A DNA stretch of 64,000 nt from Candidatus Heimdallarchaeota archaeon (GCA_021399395.1 JAAFKJ010000047.1:8447-72446); one strand, 5' to 3'. Shown: positions 41,346-51,432, counted from the stretch's first letter. Numbers and translations are program-made. The notes: generated from the sequence alone by a model not told the origin.

Positions 41346-43265
41346 TTGAAGAATTTGAGCTTCAGAGAAGTATTAGACCAGATTTCCAAAGATATACATA
41401 AGGAACTACCATCTAATTCAGAAATTACACAGATAGAATTTGAGGGACCAGAAGTTGCTGTTTTCTCAAAAAACCCTCGTGTTCTAGTAGATGATGAAAC
41501 CATTGTAAAAGAATTAGCTAAGAAGCTTCGAAAGAGAATAGTCATACGTTCAGATCCCAGTGTTAGACTTCCAAAAGATGAAACAATATTCACCATAAAT
41601 GAATTGGTCGGAAAAGAAGGCGAAATAACTTCAATTGATTTTGATGAACTTGTTGGTGAGGTTATCATTGAAGCTTTGAAACCAGGTGTAATTATCGGTA
41701 AATCAGGTGAAATGTTGAGAACAATAATCGCTAAAACACTATGGCGACCTAGAGTGATGAGAACACCACCTATAGAATCCCGAGTTATTAAAACCATCAG
41801 ACATCTCTATCAAGAGCATTCTAAGAGAAGGCAAGAAATTCTCAGATTAATTGGAAAAAGAATTCATAGACCTGTAATCTACAGAGATGATACTATTCGT
41901 GTAACAGCACTTGGTGGTTTTGCTGAAGTTGGAAGAAGTTGTGCTCTAATACAAACTGGAGAAAGTAGAATTCTTGTAGATTGTGGGATCAATGTTGGAA
42001 GCAATACTCCAAACAATACATTTCCACGCTTTGATTTACCAGAGTTCAATATTGAAAATCTTGATGCAGTGGTCATTTCTCACGCACATCTTGATCATTC
42101 AGGATTCGTCCCCTATTTATTCAAGTATGGGTATAAGGGAGCAGTGTATACTACAAGACCAACAAGAGATTTGATGACCATGTTACAAATTGATTATCTC
42201 GATGTTGCTCAAAAAGAAGGTAAAACACAACCCTATGAACAGAAGGACATCAGAGAATCTGTTTTACACAATGTAGTATTAGATTATGGAGAAGTTACAG
42301 ACATAACTCCTGACATTAGATTAACATTCCACAACGCTGGGCATATTGTTGGAAGTGCAATTCCACACCTCCACATAGGAGAAGGGGTATACAATATGGC
42401 TTTTGCACAAGACATTAAATTTGCAAAGTCAAATCTTCTAGATTCTGCAAATTGCAGATTTCCAAGACTGGAGACATTATTTATTGAATCAACATATGGT
42501 AAACCACATGATATTCTTCCTTCCAGAGCTGAGTGTACAAAGTTGCTACGGAATATTGTTTTTGATACAATTAAAAAAGGTGGAAAGGTATTAATTCCAG
42601 TGTTAGCAGTAGGGAGAGCTCAGGAAATTCTTGTTATTCTCGAAAATTTAATGAAAGTAGGAGAATTACCATCTATTCCAATTTACACTGATGGTATGAT
42701 TAGAGAGGCTTCAGCTATTACAACAGCTCATCCTGAATTCCTTTCCAAAGGAGTAAGAGAAAGAATTTTCCATGATGGAGAGAACCCATTTTTAGCTGAA
42801 CAGATGAAACATGTTTCTTCTGCTGAAGAACGTGATTTGATTATAGTAGGTGATCCTGCCATAATTGTAGCAACTAGCGGAATGCTAAATGGTGGTCCCA
42901 GTGTTCAATACTTCAAAGCTCTTTGTATGGACCCAAACAATTCTATGGTTTTTGTGAGCTATCAAGGTAAAGGGACTCTAGGAAGTAAAATTCAGAAAGG
43001 CATTACTGAGATACAGATGGTAGAAAGAGGTAGAACTGTAATGCATCACATTGAAATGGCAGTTCACAGTATTTCAGGATTTACAGGTCACAGTGATAGA
43101 AGGGAACTTGAAAACTATATTAACAAAGTAACTCCAAAACCAGAAAGAGTGGTTGTAATTCATGGTGATGAGACAAAAGTAACAAAATTTGCTTCATGGA
43201 TTTATAAAACTACAAAAAGAGAAAGTCTTGCTCCACCTAACGGAACAACAATACGATTGAAATAA
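41346..43265 (+). CDS. fttA: beta-CASP ribonuclease aCPSF1 / transcription termination factor FttA
   Basis: N-terminal KH domains (EFEGP, KPG.IIGK.G), HAHLDHSG, AGHIVGS, ESTYG, SGFTGHSD, HGD. Confidence 0.95.
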   Translation: MKNLSFREVLDQISKDIHKELPSNSEITQIEFEGPEVAVFSKNPRVLVDDETIVKELAKKLRKRIVIRSDPSVRLPKDETIFTINELVGKEGEITSIDFDELVGEVIIEALKPGVIIGKSGEMLRTIIAKTLWRPRVMRTPPIESRVIKTIRHLYQEHSKRRQEILRLIGKRIHRPVIYRDDTIRVTALGGFAEVGRSCALIQTGESRILVDCGINVGSNTPNNTFPRFDLPEFNIENLDAVVISHAHLDHSGFVPYLFKYGYKGAVYTTRPTRDLMTMLQIDYLDVAQKEGKTQPYEQKDIRESVLHNVVLDYGEVTDITPDIRLTFHNAGHIVGSAIPHLHIGEGVYNMAFAQDIKFAKSNLLDSANCRFPRLETLFIESTYGKPHDILPSRAECTKLLRNIVFDTIKKGGKVLIPVLAVGRAQEILVILENLMKVGELPSIPIYTDGMIREASAITTAHPEFLSKGVRERIFHDGENPFLAEQMKHVSSAEERDLIIVGDPAIIVATSGMLNGGPSVQYFKALCMDPNNSMVFVSYQGKGTLGSKIQKGITEIQMVERGRTVMHHIEMAVHSISGFTGHSDRRELENYINKVTPKPERVVVIHGDETKVTKFASWIYKTTKRESLAPPNGTTIRLK

Positions 43266-43266
43266 T

Positions 43267-43758
43267 TTACAACTGAAATTTCCAAATATCATCTTTAAGA
43301 TGATGGATGGTCTTTATGACTTTCCCTTGTTTTGTTTTTTCAAATTTTTCAGAGTTTACAAGGGAAATTCCTACTCCTAACAAACTATCTGCTTTCTCTT
43401 CGTGAATAGACACAACTGACCCTTCAGTTATTTTTTCGTCGAAGTAAACTATTCCTGGAGCCATAACATCTGCTCCATTTGTTATAAAACGAATTGCTCC
43501 AGTATCAACGACTATTTTTGGAAGTCCAATTTTATTTTCTCTTAAGAAATGAATTGTTGGTGTTTGTTGTTTATCATAATCAAAAAACCATATTCTTCCG
43601 TCTTTCACTAGAAAGGTACCTTCATCTGTTCTTACTTCTTCTATAGCTAACGTTTTTTCAAAAGATAATATAATACCCTCACCATAGAACATCTCAAGAT
43701 TTTCTTTTAGGGTTTTTTTGTCTTTTTTTGATAACATGTTTCTTGATTTAATTTGCAT
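43267..43758 (-). CDS. PUA-domain RNA-binding protein (DUF1947/MCT-1/Tma20-like)
   Basis: VVD.GAI.FI.NGADVMAPGI and GKVIKTIHH..D.IW. Confidence 0.88.
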   Translation of the reverse strand: MQIKSRNMLSKKDKKTLKENLEMFYGEGIILSFEKTLAIEEVRTDEGTFLVKDGRIWFFDYDKQQTPTIHFLRENKIGLPKIVVDTGAIRFITNGADVMAPGIVYFDEKITEGSVVSIHEEKADSLLGVGISLVNSEKFEKTKQGKVIKTIHHLKDDIWKFQL

Positions 43759-43778
43759 GTAAAAACCTCTGAAGATAT

Positions 43779-44219
43779 TTATTTCTTCAACTTTTCAAGG
43801 ATTGATCCATAAGATTTTTTTATAGCCTCATATCTATCTTTTGAGGACATTCCTAGAACATACATTTGCTCTTCATTTTCTAATCGTCTGTTATACTCTT
43901 CCCTCAGTGTAGTGATGAATGTATCAATTGCATCCCCTATATTTGACAATAAATCGATACCAGGTGTGGGGATAGTGTAGATATATTTCAGAGTGGGATA
44001 TGTATCTGCTTTTCTCTCAATCAAACCAATTTCTAACATCTGTTTGAGGTGTTTTTCAACAGCTGGTCTAGAAATTTTAAGCTCTTTAGTAAGTTCGTCA
44101 GCAGTGAGTTTCATATTACTTAGGAGTTTTAGTACGGTTCTTCTTGTGGAATCTCTGAAAATAGAATAGATTGTATCAACAATAGGAGATTTTTCTTTCT
44201 CATCACCAAACTCTGACAT
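43779..44219 (-). CDS. ArsR-family winged-helix regulator
   Basis: TRR.VL.LL, ISRPAVEKHLKQM...GLI. Confidence 0.85.
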   Translation of the reverse strand: MSEFGDEKEKSPIVDTIYSIFRDSTRRTVLKLLSNMKLTADELTKELKISRPAVEKHLKQMLEIGLIERKADTYPTLKYIYTIPTPGIDLLSNIGDAIDTFITTLREEYNRRLENEEQMYVLGMSSKDRYEAIKKSYGSILEKLKK

Positions 44220-44365
44220 AGCATTTTAACAGGTTAACGTTCGATATAAATTGTTGTCGGTTAAACTGTAAGGTTAAAGCTTCAAACTATGGGCTTAAGT
44301 TTATATTCCGATTACTTAAAAAAAACATTATATAAAGAGATTATATTTATGAGGTAGGGAAAAGA

Positions 44366-45268
44366 ATGAGCCAAGACGACATAAGAATGTATGAAGAACT
44401 TCTTCAACTTCTAGAAGAGCGACGTAAGAAAGAAGAGATAGACGAATCAAGTTTCATTGAGTTAAAAGAAAGATATACTGAGAAACTAGAAAAAACAAAG
44501 GAAGCATTCAAATTCCAAGAAGATGCTCCTACTGTTAGAGTCGCAGGAGAAAAAATCTTAACTCAAGATGCTTTAACAGTTTCAGGTGCTGCCACAATTA
44601 CAGGAGGGAAGATTATGAGGGACATCAGAATATCAGGATCTGGAAGAATCACAAGTGCAGTTGAATGCAATTCTCTGCGATGTTCTGGAGTAGTAAAAGC
44701 TTTAGGCGACATTATTGCTCATGGAGAGGTAAAATGCTCTGGCTCATTTAAATGTGAGGGAAATCTTCATGGGGATGGGAATGCAACTTTTAGTGGATCC
44801 GCTAAAACTGCTGGGGAAGTTGTTATTCAAGGTAACCTTACAATTTCAGGATCATATAGAAGTGGAAAGAATACGCAAGCTGTAACTGGTGCATCGTTAA
44901 TTGGGTCAACAACAATAGAGGGGAATTTACTATCTGAAAATTCTATCAAGATTGGAGGGAAGGCGCGTATACGTAAAAATATACTGTGTGAAAACATACT
45001 AATTGAAGGCAGGAGGACAGTATTTGAATCTTGGTTCTTTAGAAGACAAAAGAAATTAGTTCACGTCGAGGGAAATATTATAGCGCAAAAAGATGTTGAT
45101 GTCCAAGATGTTCACGTTCGTAAGAATATCAAAGGAAGAACTGTCAAATTGGGACCAAATACTCAAGTTGAAGGAAAGGTTTACTATGTTGAAGATTTAT
45201 TTCTGAGTAAAAGTGTTAAGTTGTTGAAAGAGCCTGTAAAAATAAAACAGGAAGATCTCAAACTTTAA
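44366..45268 (+). CDS. Bactofilin-like beta-helix (polymer-forming) protein with N-terminal helical domain
   Basis: Repeated (I/V)SG..x.I.G units, V.GNI.A..V, IKGRTVKLGP...V.G.V.Y. Confidence 0.75.
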   Translation: MSQDDIRMYEELLQLLEERRKKEEIDESSFIELKERYTEKLEKTKEAFKFQEDAPTVRVAGEKILTQDALTVSGAATITGGKIMRDIRISGSGRITSAVECNSLRCSGVVKALGDIIAHGEVKCSGSFKCEGNLHGDGNATFSGSAKTAGEVVIQGNLTISGSYRSGKNTQAVTGASLIGSTTIEGNLLSENSIKIGGKARIRKNILCENILIEGRRTVFESWFFRRQKKLVHVEGNIIAQKDVDVQDVHVRKNIKGRTVKLGPNTQVEGKVYYVEDLFLSKSVKLLKEPVKIKQEDLKL

Positions 45269-45358
45269 TCGCGCCCTTTTCCCTATTTTTTCATAATTGC
45301 ATTTTAGACTAAAAATGCCATTAATTACACCTCAAGCCACGATAAAAATAGAGGAATA

Positions 45359-45392
45359 AGGATAAGAAGTACTTATCCTATTTTTTGTTTTT
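45359..45392 (+). terminator. Hairpin plus T-tract, possibly bidirectional terminator
   Basis: AGGATAAG-aagta-CTTATCCT followed by TTTTTTGTTTTT; T-rich run also on the minus side. Confidence 0.5.
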
Positions 45393-45399
45393 ACAAATT

Positions 45400-45670
45400 A
45401 TGATGGGTTTTTGTCATGTTGGCACGTTAACCAACATAGTTGAGCACATTTTATAGACGATGTATGTGTCATTCCTTATGGGTCTACGCACATTCTATAG
45501 GGGTACATCACGTACCCTCCTACCCCGTTCACACCATTTATGGTGCTTTCGGATCGCTTGTTCCCTTCGTGATGGGTATAATGGAAAGGATTCCATTTCT
45601 CTCGTAACTTGACTACAATCCCAGTGGGAGGTGGTCACATAGGCTACTTGAGCGGTAAACCCCGCTCCTA
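45400..45670 (-). ncRNA. Candidate structured ncRNA of unknown family
   Basis: No ORF in the track; about 49% GC over 45481-45670 (hand count) in an AT-rich genome; at least seven stems; minus-strand TTATATA box at 45691-45697. Confidence 0.55.
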
Positions 45671-45760
45671 CTTCTTCAAGACCTTTTGACTATATAATCT
45701 CCCGTAATATCTTACTTTCAGTCTTCTTTCAAACTGATTAGTAACCTATTTAAGATGACT

Positions 45761-47287
45761 TCAGGACAAAGTTCTTTCATAAATTTTTGAGAATTTTTCT
45801 TCAAGATATTTTAGATGATATTTTGGTGTTAAATCTTCTCCAGTTATACTCTTGACCATATCAAGGCAATCTAAGGTTCCACCTTTTTCATGAACATTAG
45901 TTTTAAGCCACTCTCGGATTGGTGTGAATTTACCTTTTTGCAAAGAGTTTTGCCATTCTGGAAGACTTTTATTCATTTTAGCTGTTATCTGAGAGGAGAT
46001 TAGATCCCCTATTCCATAACCGAAGAAGTAACCATAGTATTGAGAATACCAATGCAAATCTTGCATCAACCCCAAAGTATCATTTGGAACATCAACGCCT
46101 AGATATTGTTTGTATTTTTCATTCCAAACTTGAGGTAATTCGTTGGTTTTTATTTTTCCAGCAAACCAATCCCTTTCAATTTCAAAACGGATAATGATAT
46201 GCAAAATATAGGTCACTTCATCAGCTTGAATTCTTATAAACCCAGGAGTTACAGCATTAAGTGCAGAATAGAAATCATTTGAAGAGATATCATCAAAAAC
46301 CCCATCAGCATCCTTCTTAAACTGTTTATAATAATAGTCCCAAAACTCTTCTGAACTTGCGACAATGTTTTCAAATAATCTAGATTGTGACTCGCCAAAA
46401 CTGGGAGAAGACATTCGATAAATAGGTTGATTATACCACTCATCCTTTCCTTGTAAACTATGAATAGCATGCCCACATTCATGAGCTCCAGCAAGAAAAG
46501 CTGCTAGAATATTATCTTCATGATACTTGACTGTAACCCTAACATCTTTGTACCCACCACCTATAGTAAGTGGGTGTTCTACCTCAGCGATATTACCAGG
46601 AGCATCTTTTGAATAGAAATCATATTCCAAATATTTTGCCAGATTTTCCACCATTTTAACCTGTGTTGAACGTGATACATGTCTTGATAAAAAGGATCTA
46701 TCAGGTTTTACACCAGATTCTTTACATGTCTTGATAAATGGAACCAAGAATGATTTAGCTTCATCAAAAAGTTTGGTAAGTGAATCTACACTAAAACCCT
46801 TATCCCGACTATCGATTAGTGCATTAAAGGGGTCATTCATTTCTTTAGATTCAGCTAATAATGAAGCTGATTCCAAATTAAGATCAAACAATATCTCTAA
46901 GTCAGGAAGAACCATCTGAAAATCAATTTTTTCCTTAGCTTTTTTCCATACTTCTAGAGTTTTGTTTGATTGAGCCGCAAGCTTTCCTACAAGTTCAGAA
47001 GGTAAAATTGTTCTACTGTCATATGTTCTCCGTAGAAGTTCAACATTTCTTCTTTGAATCTCATTGAGAGAAGAGTCTTGTTCACAAGAATTCAGAAGAA
47101 TACCAACTTCAGGATCAGTAATTAAACCATGAGTTTTTTGGCTGATATATTGAAACTGTTTTGCTCGCTGACCTACAGCAGCTGGAGGCATGTAAGTATT
47201 CATATCCCAGTATAAAACCCCACTAATTGAATTTAATAGTTGTATTTCTTGATAACGATCAAGTAATGTTTTGTAAGCGGTTTTCAT
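45761..47287 (-). CDS. Carboxypeptidase M32
   Basis: WD..TYMP, HPLT, HECGHA, ESQSR, IRIQADEVTY, QDLHW. Confidence 0.95.
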   Translation of the reverse strand: MKTAYKTLLDRYQEIQLLNSISGVLYWDMNTYMPPAAVGQRAKQFQYISQKTHGLITDPEVGILLNSCEQDSSLNEIQRRNVELLRRTYDSRTILPSELVGKLAAQSNKTLEVWKKAKEKIDFQMVLPDLEILFDLNLESASLLAESKEMNDPFNALIDSRDKGFSVDSLTKLFDEAKSFLVPFIKTCKESGVKPDRSFLSRHVSRSTQVKMVENLAKYLEYDFYSKDAPGNIAEVEHPLTIGGGYKDVRVTVKYHEDNILAAFLAGAHECGHAIHSLQGKDEWYNQPIYRMSSPSFGESQSRLFENIVASSEEFWDYYYKQFKKDADGVFDDISSNDFYSALNAVTPGFIRIQADEVTYILHIIIRFEIERDWFAGKIKTNELPQVWNEKYKQYLGVDVPNDTLGLMQDLHWYSQYYGYFFGYGIGDLISSQITAKMNKSLPEWQNSLQKGKFTPIREWLKTNVHEKGGTLDCLDMVKSITGEDLTPKYHLKYLEEKFSKIYERTLS

Positions 47288-47361
47288 TTATTTCGCTTAA
47301 GTTTTCATTTTACTATTCAAAAATATTACCCAAAAATGTAAAAGAAAAAAGAGAAAAAGAA

Positions 47362-48609
47362 TTAATCTCCAAGATATTTAGCAGAACTGCCAAGTTGTTC
47401 TTCAATCCGCAATAATTGATTGTATTTTGCTGTACGTTCGCCTCTAGCGGGAGCACCAGTCTTTATCCTTTCGGCACCGATAGCAACAGCCAAATCTGCA
47501 ATGAATGTATCTTCAGTTTCTCCTGATCGATGTGATATATTTATACCCCACCCGTCAGTTCTAGCTAATTCAGCAGCCTGAATTGCTTCTGTCAATGTTC
47601 CGATTTGGTTTACTTTTAGAAGAAGGTAATTTGCTGCTTTTTTGTCAATTGCAGTTTTTATTCGGACTGGGTTAGTTACTGTCAGATCATCTGCCACTAC
47701 AGAGATATGAGGTAATTTAGCAAGTAATTTTGCGAATGAATCAAAATCGTTTTCATCAAATGGATCTTCAATTGAGATAATTGGATATTTCTCAACGAGG
47801 TCAACATAGTAGTCTACTAGTTGTTCTCCAGTTAGTTTTTTACCATCTACTTCATACAGATTGTTTTCATAAAATTCTGAAGCAGCTGAATCTAATCCTA
47901 TTGATATCTGTTTCCCTGGAGCATATCCTGCCTCGGTTATTGCTTCTACCAACATATTAAGTGCTTCAGGCGCAGTATCTACTGGACTACCAAAACCACC
48001 TTCATCACCTAGATTTATCGCAGAAGGACCGAATTTCTTTAGGTTATTTCTAAGGATTTGATAGACTTCACAAATAGATCTCAATGCCTCTTTGTATTGA
48101 GCAAAACCATGTGGAATTAACATGAACTCTTGTATTTTCAAATTACCACCAGCGTGTTCTCCACCATTAATTACATTGAGCATAGGGACTGGTAATGTCT
48201 TTGATTCCTTGTTTAAGTAAGCGTAAATTGGCAAATTGAGTTCATCCGCTGCAGCTTTACAAACAGCCATTGATACACCAAGTATGGCATTAGCACCTAG
48301 ATTTGATTTTGTGTCTGTTCCATCTAACTCAAGCATTAACTCATCGATTGCTTTCTGTTCTGTAGCTTCTAATCCAATTATCTTTGGTGCTATGATTTCG
48401 CGAATGTTTTTTACAGCCTTGAGAACCCCTTTACCTAGGAATCTTGAATCTTTATCTCTGAGTTCTAAAGCTTCGTGTTCTCCTGTTGATGCTCCTGAAG
48501 GAACAAGGGCTCTTCCAAACCCACCTTCTGTATATACATCGACTTCAACAGTTGGGTTACCTCTTGAATCTATAATTTCTCTTGGAATAACTTTTGTTAT
48601 CTTACCCAT
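47362..48609 (-). CDS. eno: Enolase
   Basis: DSRGNPTVEV, PSGASTG, GDEGGF, LLKVNQIGT, SHRSGETED, RTAKYNQLLRIEE; ATG 48609. Confidence 0.97.
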   Translation of the reverse strand: MGKITKVIPREIIDSRGNPTVEVDVYTEGGFGRALVPSGASTGEHEALELRDKDSRFLGKGVLKAVKNIREIIAPKIIGLEATEQKAIDELMLELDGTDTKSNLGANAILGVSMAVCKAAADELNLPIYAYLNKESKTLPVPMLNVINGGEHAGGNLKIQEFMLIPHGFAQYKEALRSICEVYQILRNNLKKFGPSAINLGDEGGFGSPVDTAPEALNMLVEAITEAGYAPGKQISIGLDSAASEFYENNLYEVDGKKLTGEQLVDYYVDLVEKYPIISIEDPFDENDFDSFAKLLAKLPHISVVADDLTVTNPVRIKTAIDKKAANYLLLKVNQIGTLTEAIQAAELARTDGWGINISHRSGETEDTFIADLAVAIGAERIKTGAPARGERTAKYNQLLRIEEQLGSSAKYLGD

Positions 48610-48654
48610 ATATATCAAGAGGAAAAACAAGAAGCAATTATTAAGGATTTTTAA

Positions 48655-49662
48655 TCAACTATGAAATGAAGAGAAATGTTCATATCCACCTTTTGGAATT
48701 TCGCATTCTCTGTATTCTTCATCAGTAATCTTAATTCCTTCAAATTTATCTGAAAAACTACCAATTCTTTGCAATTCCAAATTTTGTTTCTGAGCCTCCT
48801 TAATGAGTTGATGTTCCTTATCTGGTGATATTGCGAAAACAAGTTCAAACTCTTCTCCACCACTAAAAACCAACTCCAAAGGATTTTGTTTCCACTCTTT
48901 TGCATAGTCTGAGACATTAGGATGGATTGGTAATTTTGAAATCTCAATACCCATTCCATTTAATTTAGATAAATCATTTAAAGTTATAAACAACCCATCA
49001 GAACTATCCATACATATTTTCACTTGTATTTTTTGAAATAATGATAGGTATTGGATTTTTGCTTTAGGATTATAAACAGATTCAAGTGCAAGGTGTTTCA
49101 ATTCATCATTAAGATTTATGTTTCCTAAAAGAAATTGAAAACCAAGTGAAGTTAATCCAAAATATCCTGTTGTATAAAGAATATCTCCTACTTCAGCTCC
49201 CACTCTCGGAATCAGTGATTCTTTGGAACACGTACCAAATGAAATTGCATCTACAATGATATCAATACCCTCGTTAAGGTCTCCACCTAAGTATTGAATA
49301 TTATATTCAGAGCATTGATCTTTAATTCCTTCAATTATCTTTTTTGCAGACTCAACTTCTAAATCCTCTGGAAAAGCCACACTTGCCAAACAACCAAGTG
49401 GATTTACGCCTTTTGCGACTATATCGCTTACTGACATGGTAACTGCCTTCCTACCAATCTGATTATAGGTCATACCAGGTAGAACATCGGTCTGCTTGAC
49501 TAGCATGTCTGCATTTATTACCAGAATAGTATCTTCAGACAATTGTATAGCAGAAGCATCATCATTAAAACCTAACACTGGATTAGAAACGAGATTTGCA
49601 ATTTCAAGTAAGAATTGTCTTTCTCCTATATCACTCATAACTCTTTTTGGTTTCCTGTTCAT
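48655..49662 (-). CDS. thiL: Thiamine-monophosphate kinase
   Basis: GE..F, DDA, SDIVAKG, GGDLN, MDSSDGL, GGEEFELV, GYEHF. Confidence 0.92.
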   Translation of the reverse strand: MNRKPKRVMSDIGERQFLLEIANLVSNPVLGFNDDASAIQLSEDTILVINADMLVKQTDVLPGMTYNQIGRKAVTMSVSDIVAKGVNPLGCLASVAFPEDLEVESAKKIIEGIKDQCSEYNIQYLGGDLNEGIDIIVDAISFGTCSKESLIPRVGAEVGDILYTTGYFGLTSLGFQFLLGNINLNDELKHLALESVYNPKAKIQYLSLFQKIQVKICMDSSDGLFITLNDLSKLNGMGIEISKLPIHPNVSDYAKEWKQNPLELVFSGGEEFELVFAISPDKEHQLIKEAQKQNLELQRIGSFSDKFEGIKITDEEYRECEIPKGGYEHFSSFHS

Positions 49663-49746
49663 GATCTTTCTCTAAGAAGAATATTACTTTGTATTTCAAA
49701 AGAATTTCTAAAAGAATTAAAAGAAGAAAGAAATATGGGATTATCG

Positions 49747-50586
49747 TCAAGCAGCTGGGAGTAATCCTGCAAAATAGAAGAAATAAACGAATAATGCAAT
49801 AGGTACGGCAATAGCAACAAATGCATTTACCCAAGCCATTTTTCCTATTGTTCTTAATGCAATTGATGAGTATACTATGAAAGCCAACCACAATAATAAC
49901 ATTATAACTCTGTAAATCCACATACCTACTCCATTACTTACAGTAGCCATATGATTAGAAAAATCTGAAAACGTATAGCTTGTACCAGCCTCCAAATTAT
50001 CTATGAACAGCATAAAAAGTATCCCAAGTAATTCCCCAGCAGTAATAGCACCTAGCGAATAACCTATGATAGAACGGAATTGCTTTGTTGTTGCATCTGA
50101 TCCTAACATTGCTGCAAATTTTGCCATAAACCAAGTTGTAATGAAGATGAAAACCTTGAACATAAGCCAAATCACTAAAGGCATCAGCAATAGCGCAACA
50201 AAGAAAACTAGTAGATTAATCGGTATTATCATTGACCATTTGTCAGGTTCTGGATTAGCGGGTATCTGAATAATGGTATCAAAACCTATTCCAAACTTCA
50301 TCAAAACTACAAAGAATCTTAGAGAGAGAAACAACGACAATAATAATAGAATGATATTTGCACCTTTTGTCTCTGTTGCTACAGCTATTTCTTCACTTGT
50401 TCTGAATGGGTGACGGAAGAAATTGTACAACCTGATAAAAACTTCTTTTAATGAAGGTTTAAATGAGAATTTTCTAAGCTCATATTCTAAAAGTCCAAAT
50501 CCGCAAAACGGACAAACAGAATATTCTAAGGGGACAGTCTCAGAACAGCTTGGGCATTTTTGTGTGCTTTCACTCATGATTCTCAA
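49747..50586 (-). CDS. Zinc-ribbon plus Yip1-like membrane protein
   Basis: CPSC...CPFCG ribbon, then F.HP..T and about five TMs with LG......F...IGYS. Confidence 0.6.
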   Translation of the reverse strand: MRIMSESTQKCPSCSETVPLEYSVCPFCGFGLLEYELRKFSFKPSLKEVFIRLYNFFRHPFRTSEEIAVATETKGANIILLLLSLFLSLRFFVVLMKFGIGFDTIIQIPANPEPDKWSMIIPINLLVFFVALLLMPLVIWLMFKVFIFITTWFMAKFAAMLGSDATTKQFRSIIGYSLGAITAGELLGILFMLFIDNLEAGTSYTFSDFSNHMATVSNGVGMWIYRVIMLLLWLAFIVYSSIALRTIGKMAWVNAFVAIAVPIALFVYFFYFAGLLPAA

Positions 50587-50673
50587 TTCTTTATATTGAT
50601 TTATATTTAATATCTCTTGTGGCTAGTTAATGAAAACTTTTGTGTTAAATGTAATGGGGAAAAAAGATGGTTG

Positions 50674-51432
50674 TCACTTACTTTTTCTCTTCAGCATAGA
50701 AAGAGCTGGAAGTGAAATGATGGATAAGAGCAATATAAACATACTAACTGTTACAGTTTCAGTGTAAGGAGTTTCAGTGTAAGGATTTATTTCTAAGTTG
50801 GCAATATCTAGGGAGATTTCCAACTCGTATAAACCAAATGAAGTAAATGCTTTGAGCAGAACACCACTACTTTTGTGATAATAGAAACTAGAATATTGTC
50901 CATAGTAATTACTTGTATTAAAATGAATGACTGAGTAGGAATTTTGCATTCCAGCAATTGTAAGATTATAACTTTCAATTTGAGTGACAGTGGTATTAGT
51001 GTCAACAACAGATGAAAGAATATTATCCCAGTCTGTTGAGTTAGCAAGAAATCCCCCACTCCATGGGTAGATCCCTAATCCTAATCCAAAAGCAGTATCT
51101 ACATTTCGAACATCATAAAATGTTACATTATCCAACTCATTTCCGAAGAATAGTGTTCCATTAGTTACTCCATCATGTACAGATGTAATATTGAAAATTA
51201 TACTGTCGTCTGCGACAACTGACCATGCACCGTAGTATGTGCCTGGAGGAAAAGTACCATAGAAATCATTTACTGTATCACTTGCCGATACAACTTTGTA
51301 GGATAACCAATCTCCTGAACTCACCCCTACATTTGCTGAGACAGAGTAGTTGCTAAGGAAGATCACAAAGAGATAAGTAATTACAAGAATAAGGGGGCTC
51401 AACTTTCTCATATTATATTTCTTTTGTGTCAA
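50674..51432 (-). CDS. Secreted surface protein with C-terminal TM and basic tail
   Basis: Signal peptide, GV..GDW..Y.V start, many NxT/S sequons, YY.K.SGVLL, Thr-rich linker, TM, KRKSK. Confidence 0.7.
   Translation of the reverse strand: MTQKKYNMRKLSPLILVITYLFVIFLSNYSVSANVGVSSGDWLSYKVVSASDTVNDFYGTFPPGTYYGAWSVVADDSIIFNITSVHDGVTNGTLFFGNELDNVTFYDVRNVDTAFGLGLGIYPWSGGFLANSTDWDNILSSVVDTNTTVTQIESYNLTIAGMQNSYSVIHFNTSNYYGQYSSFYYHKSSGVLLKAFTSFGLYELEISLDIANLEINPYTETPYTETVTVSMFILLLSIISLPALSMLKRKSK
50756..50785. repeat. 15-bp tandem duplication (PYTET x2)
   Basis: gtttcagtgtaagga repeated twice. Confidence 0.8.

Noticed and set aside
41288-41797. 169-aa minus-strand ORF and similar antisense ORFs (e.g. 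48236-48664, 51841-52254, 57866-58228, 26932-27252)
   Set aside because: They lie almost wholly opposite longer or well-conserved genes and have the Ser/Phe/Ile-rich composition typical of shadow frames.
45400-45700. RNase P RNA, SRP RNA, 5S rRNA, glycine riboswitch or HEARO/omega RNA identity
   Set aside because: No GAGGAAAGUCC or CR-V motif, no SRP helix-8 CAGG-GNRA-AGCA; only fragmentary GAGAGA...CGAAGG similarity to a glycine aptamer; no IscB/TnpB gene nearby.
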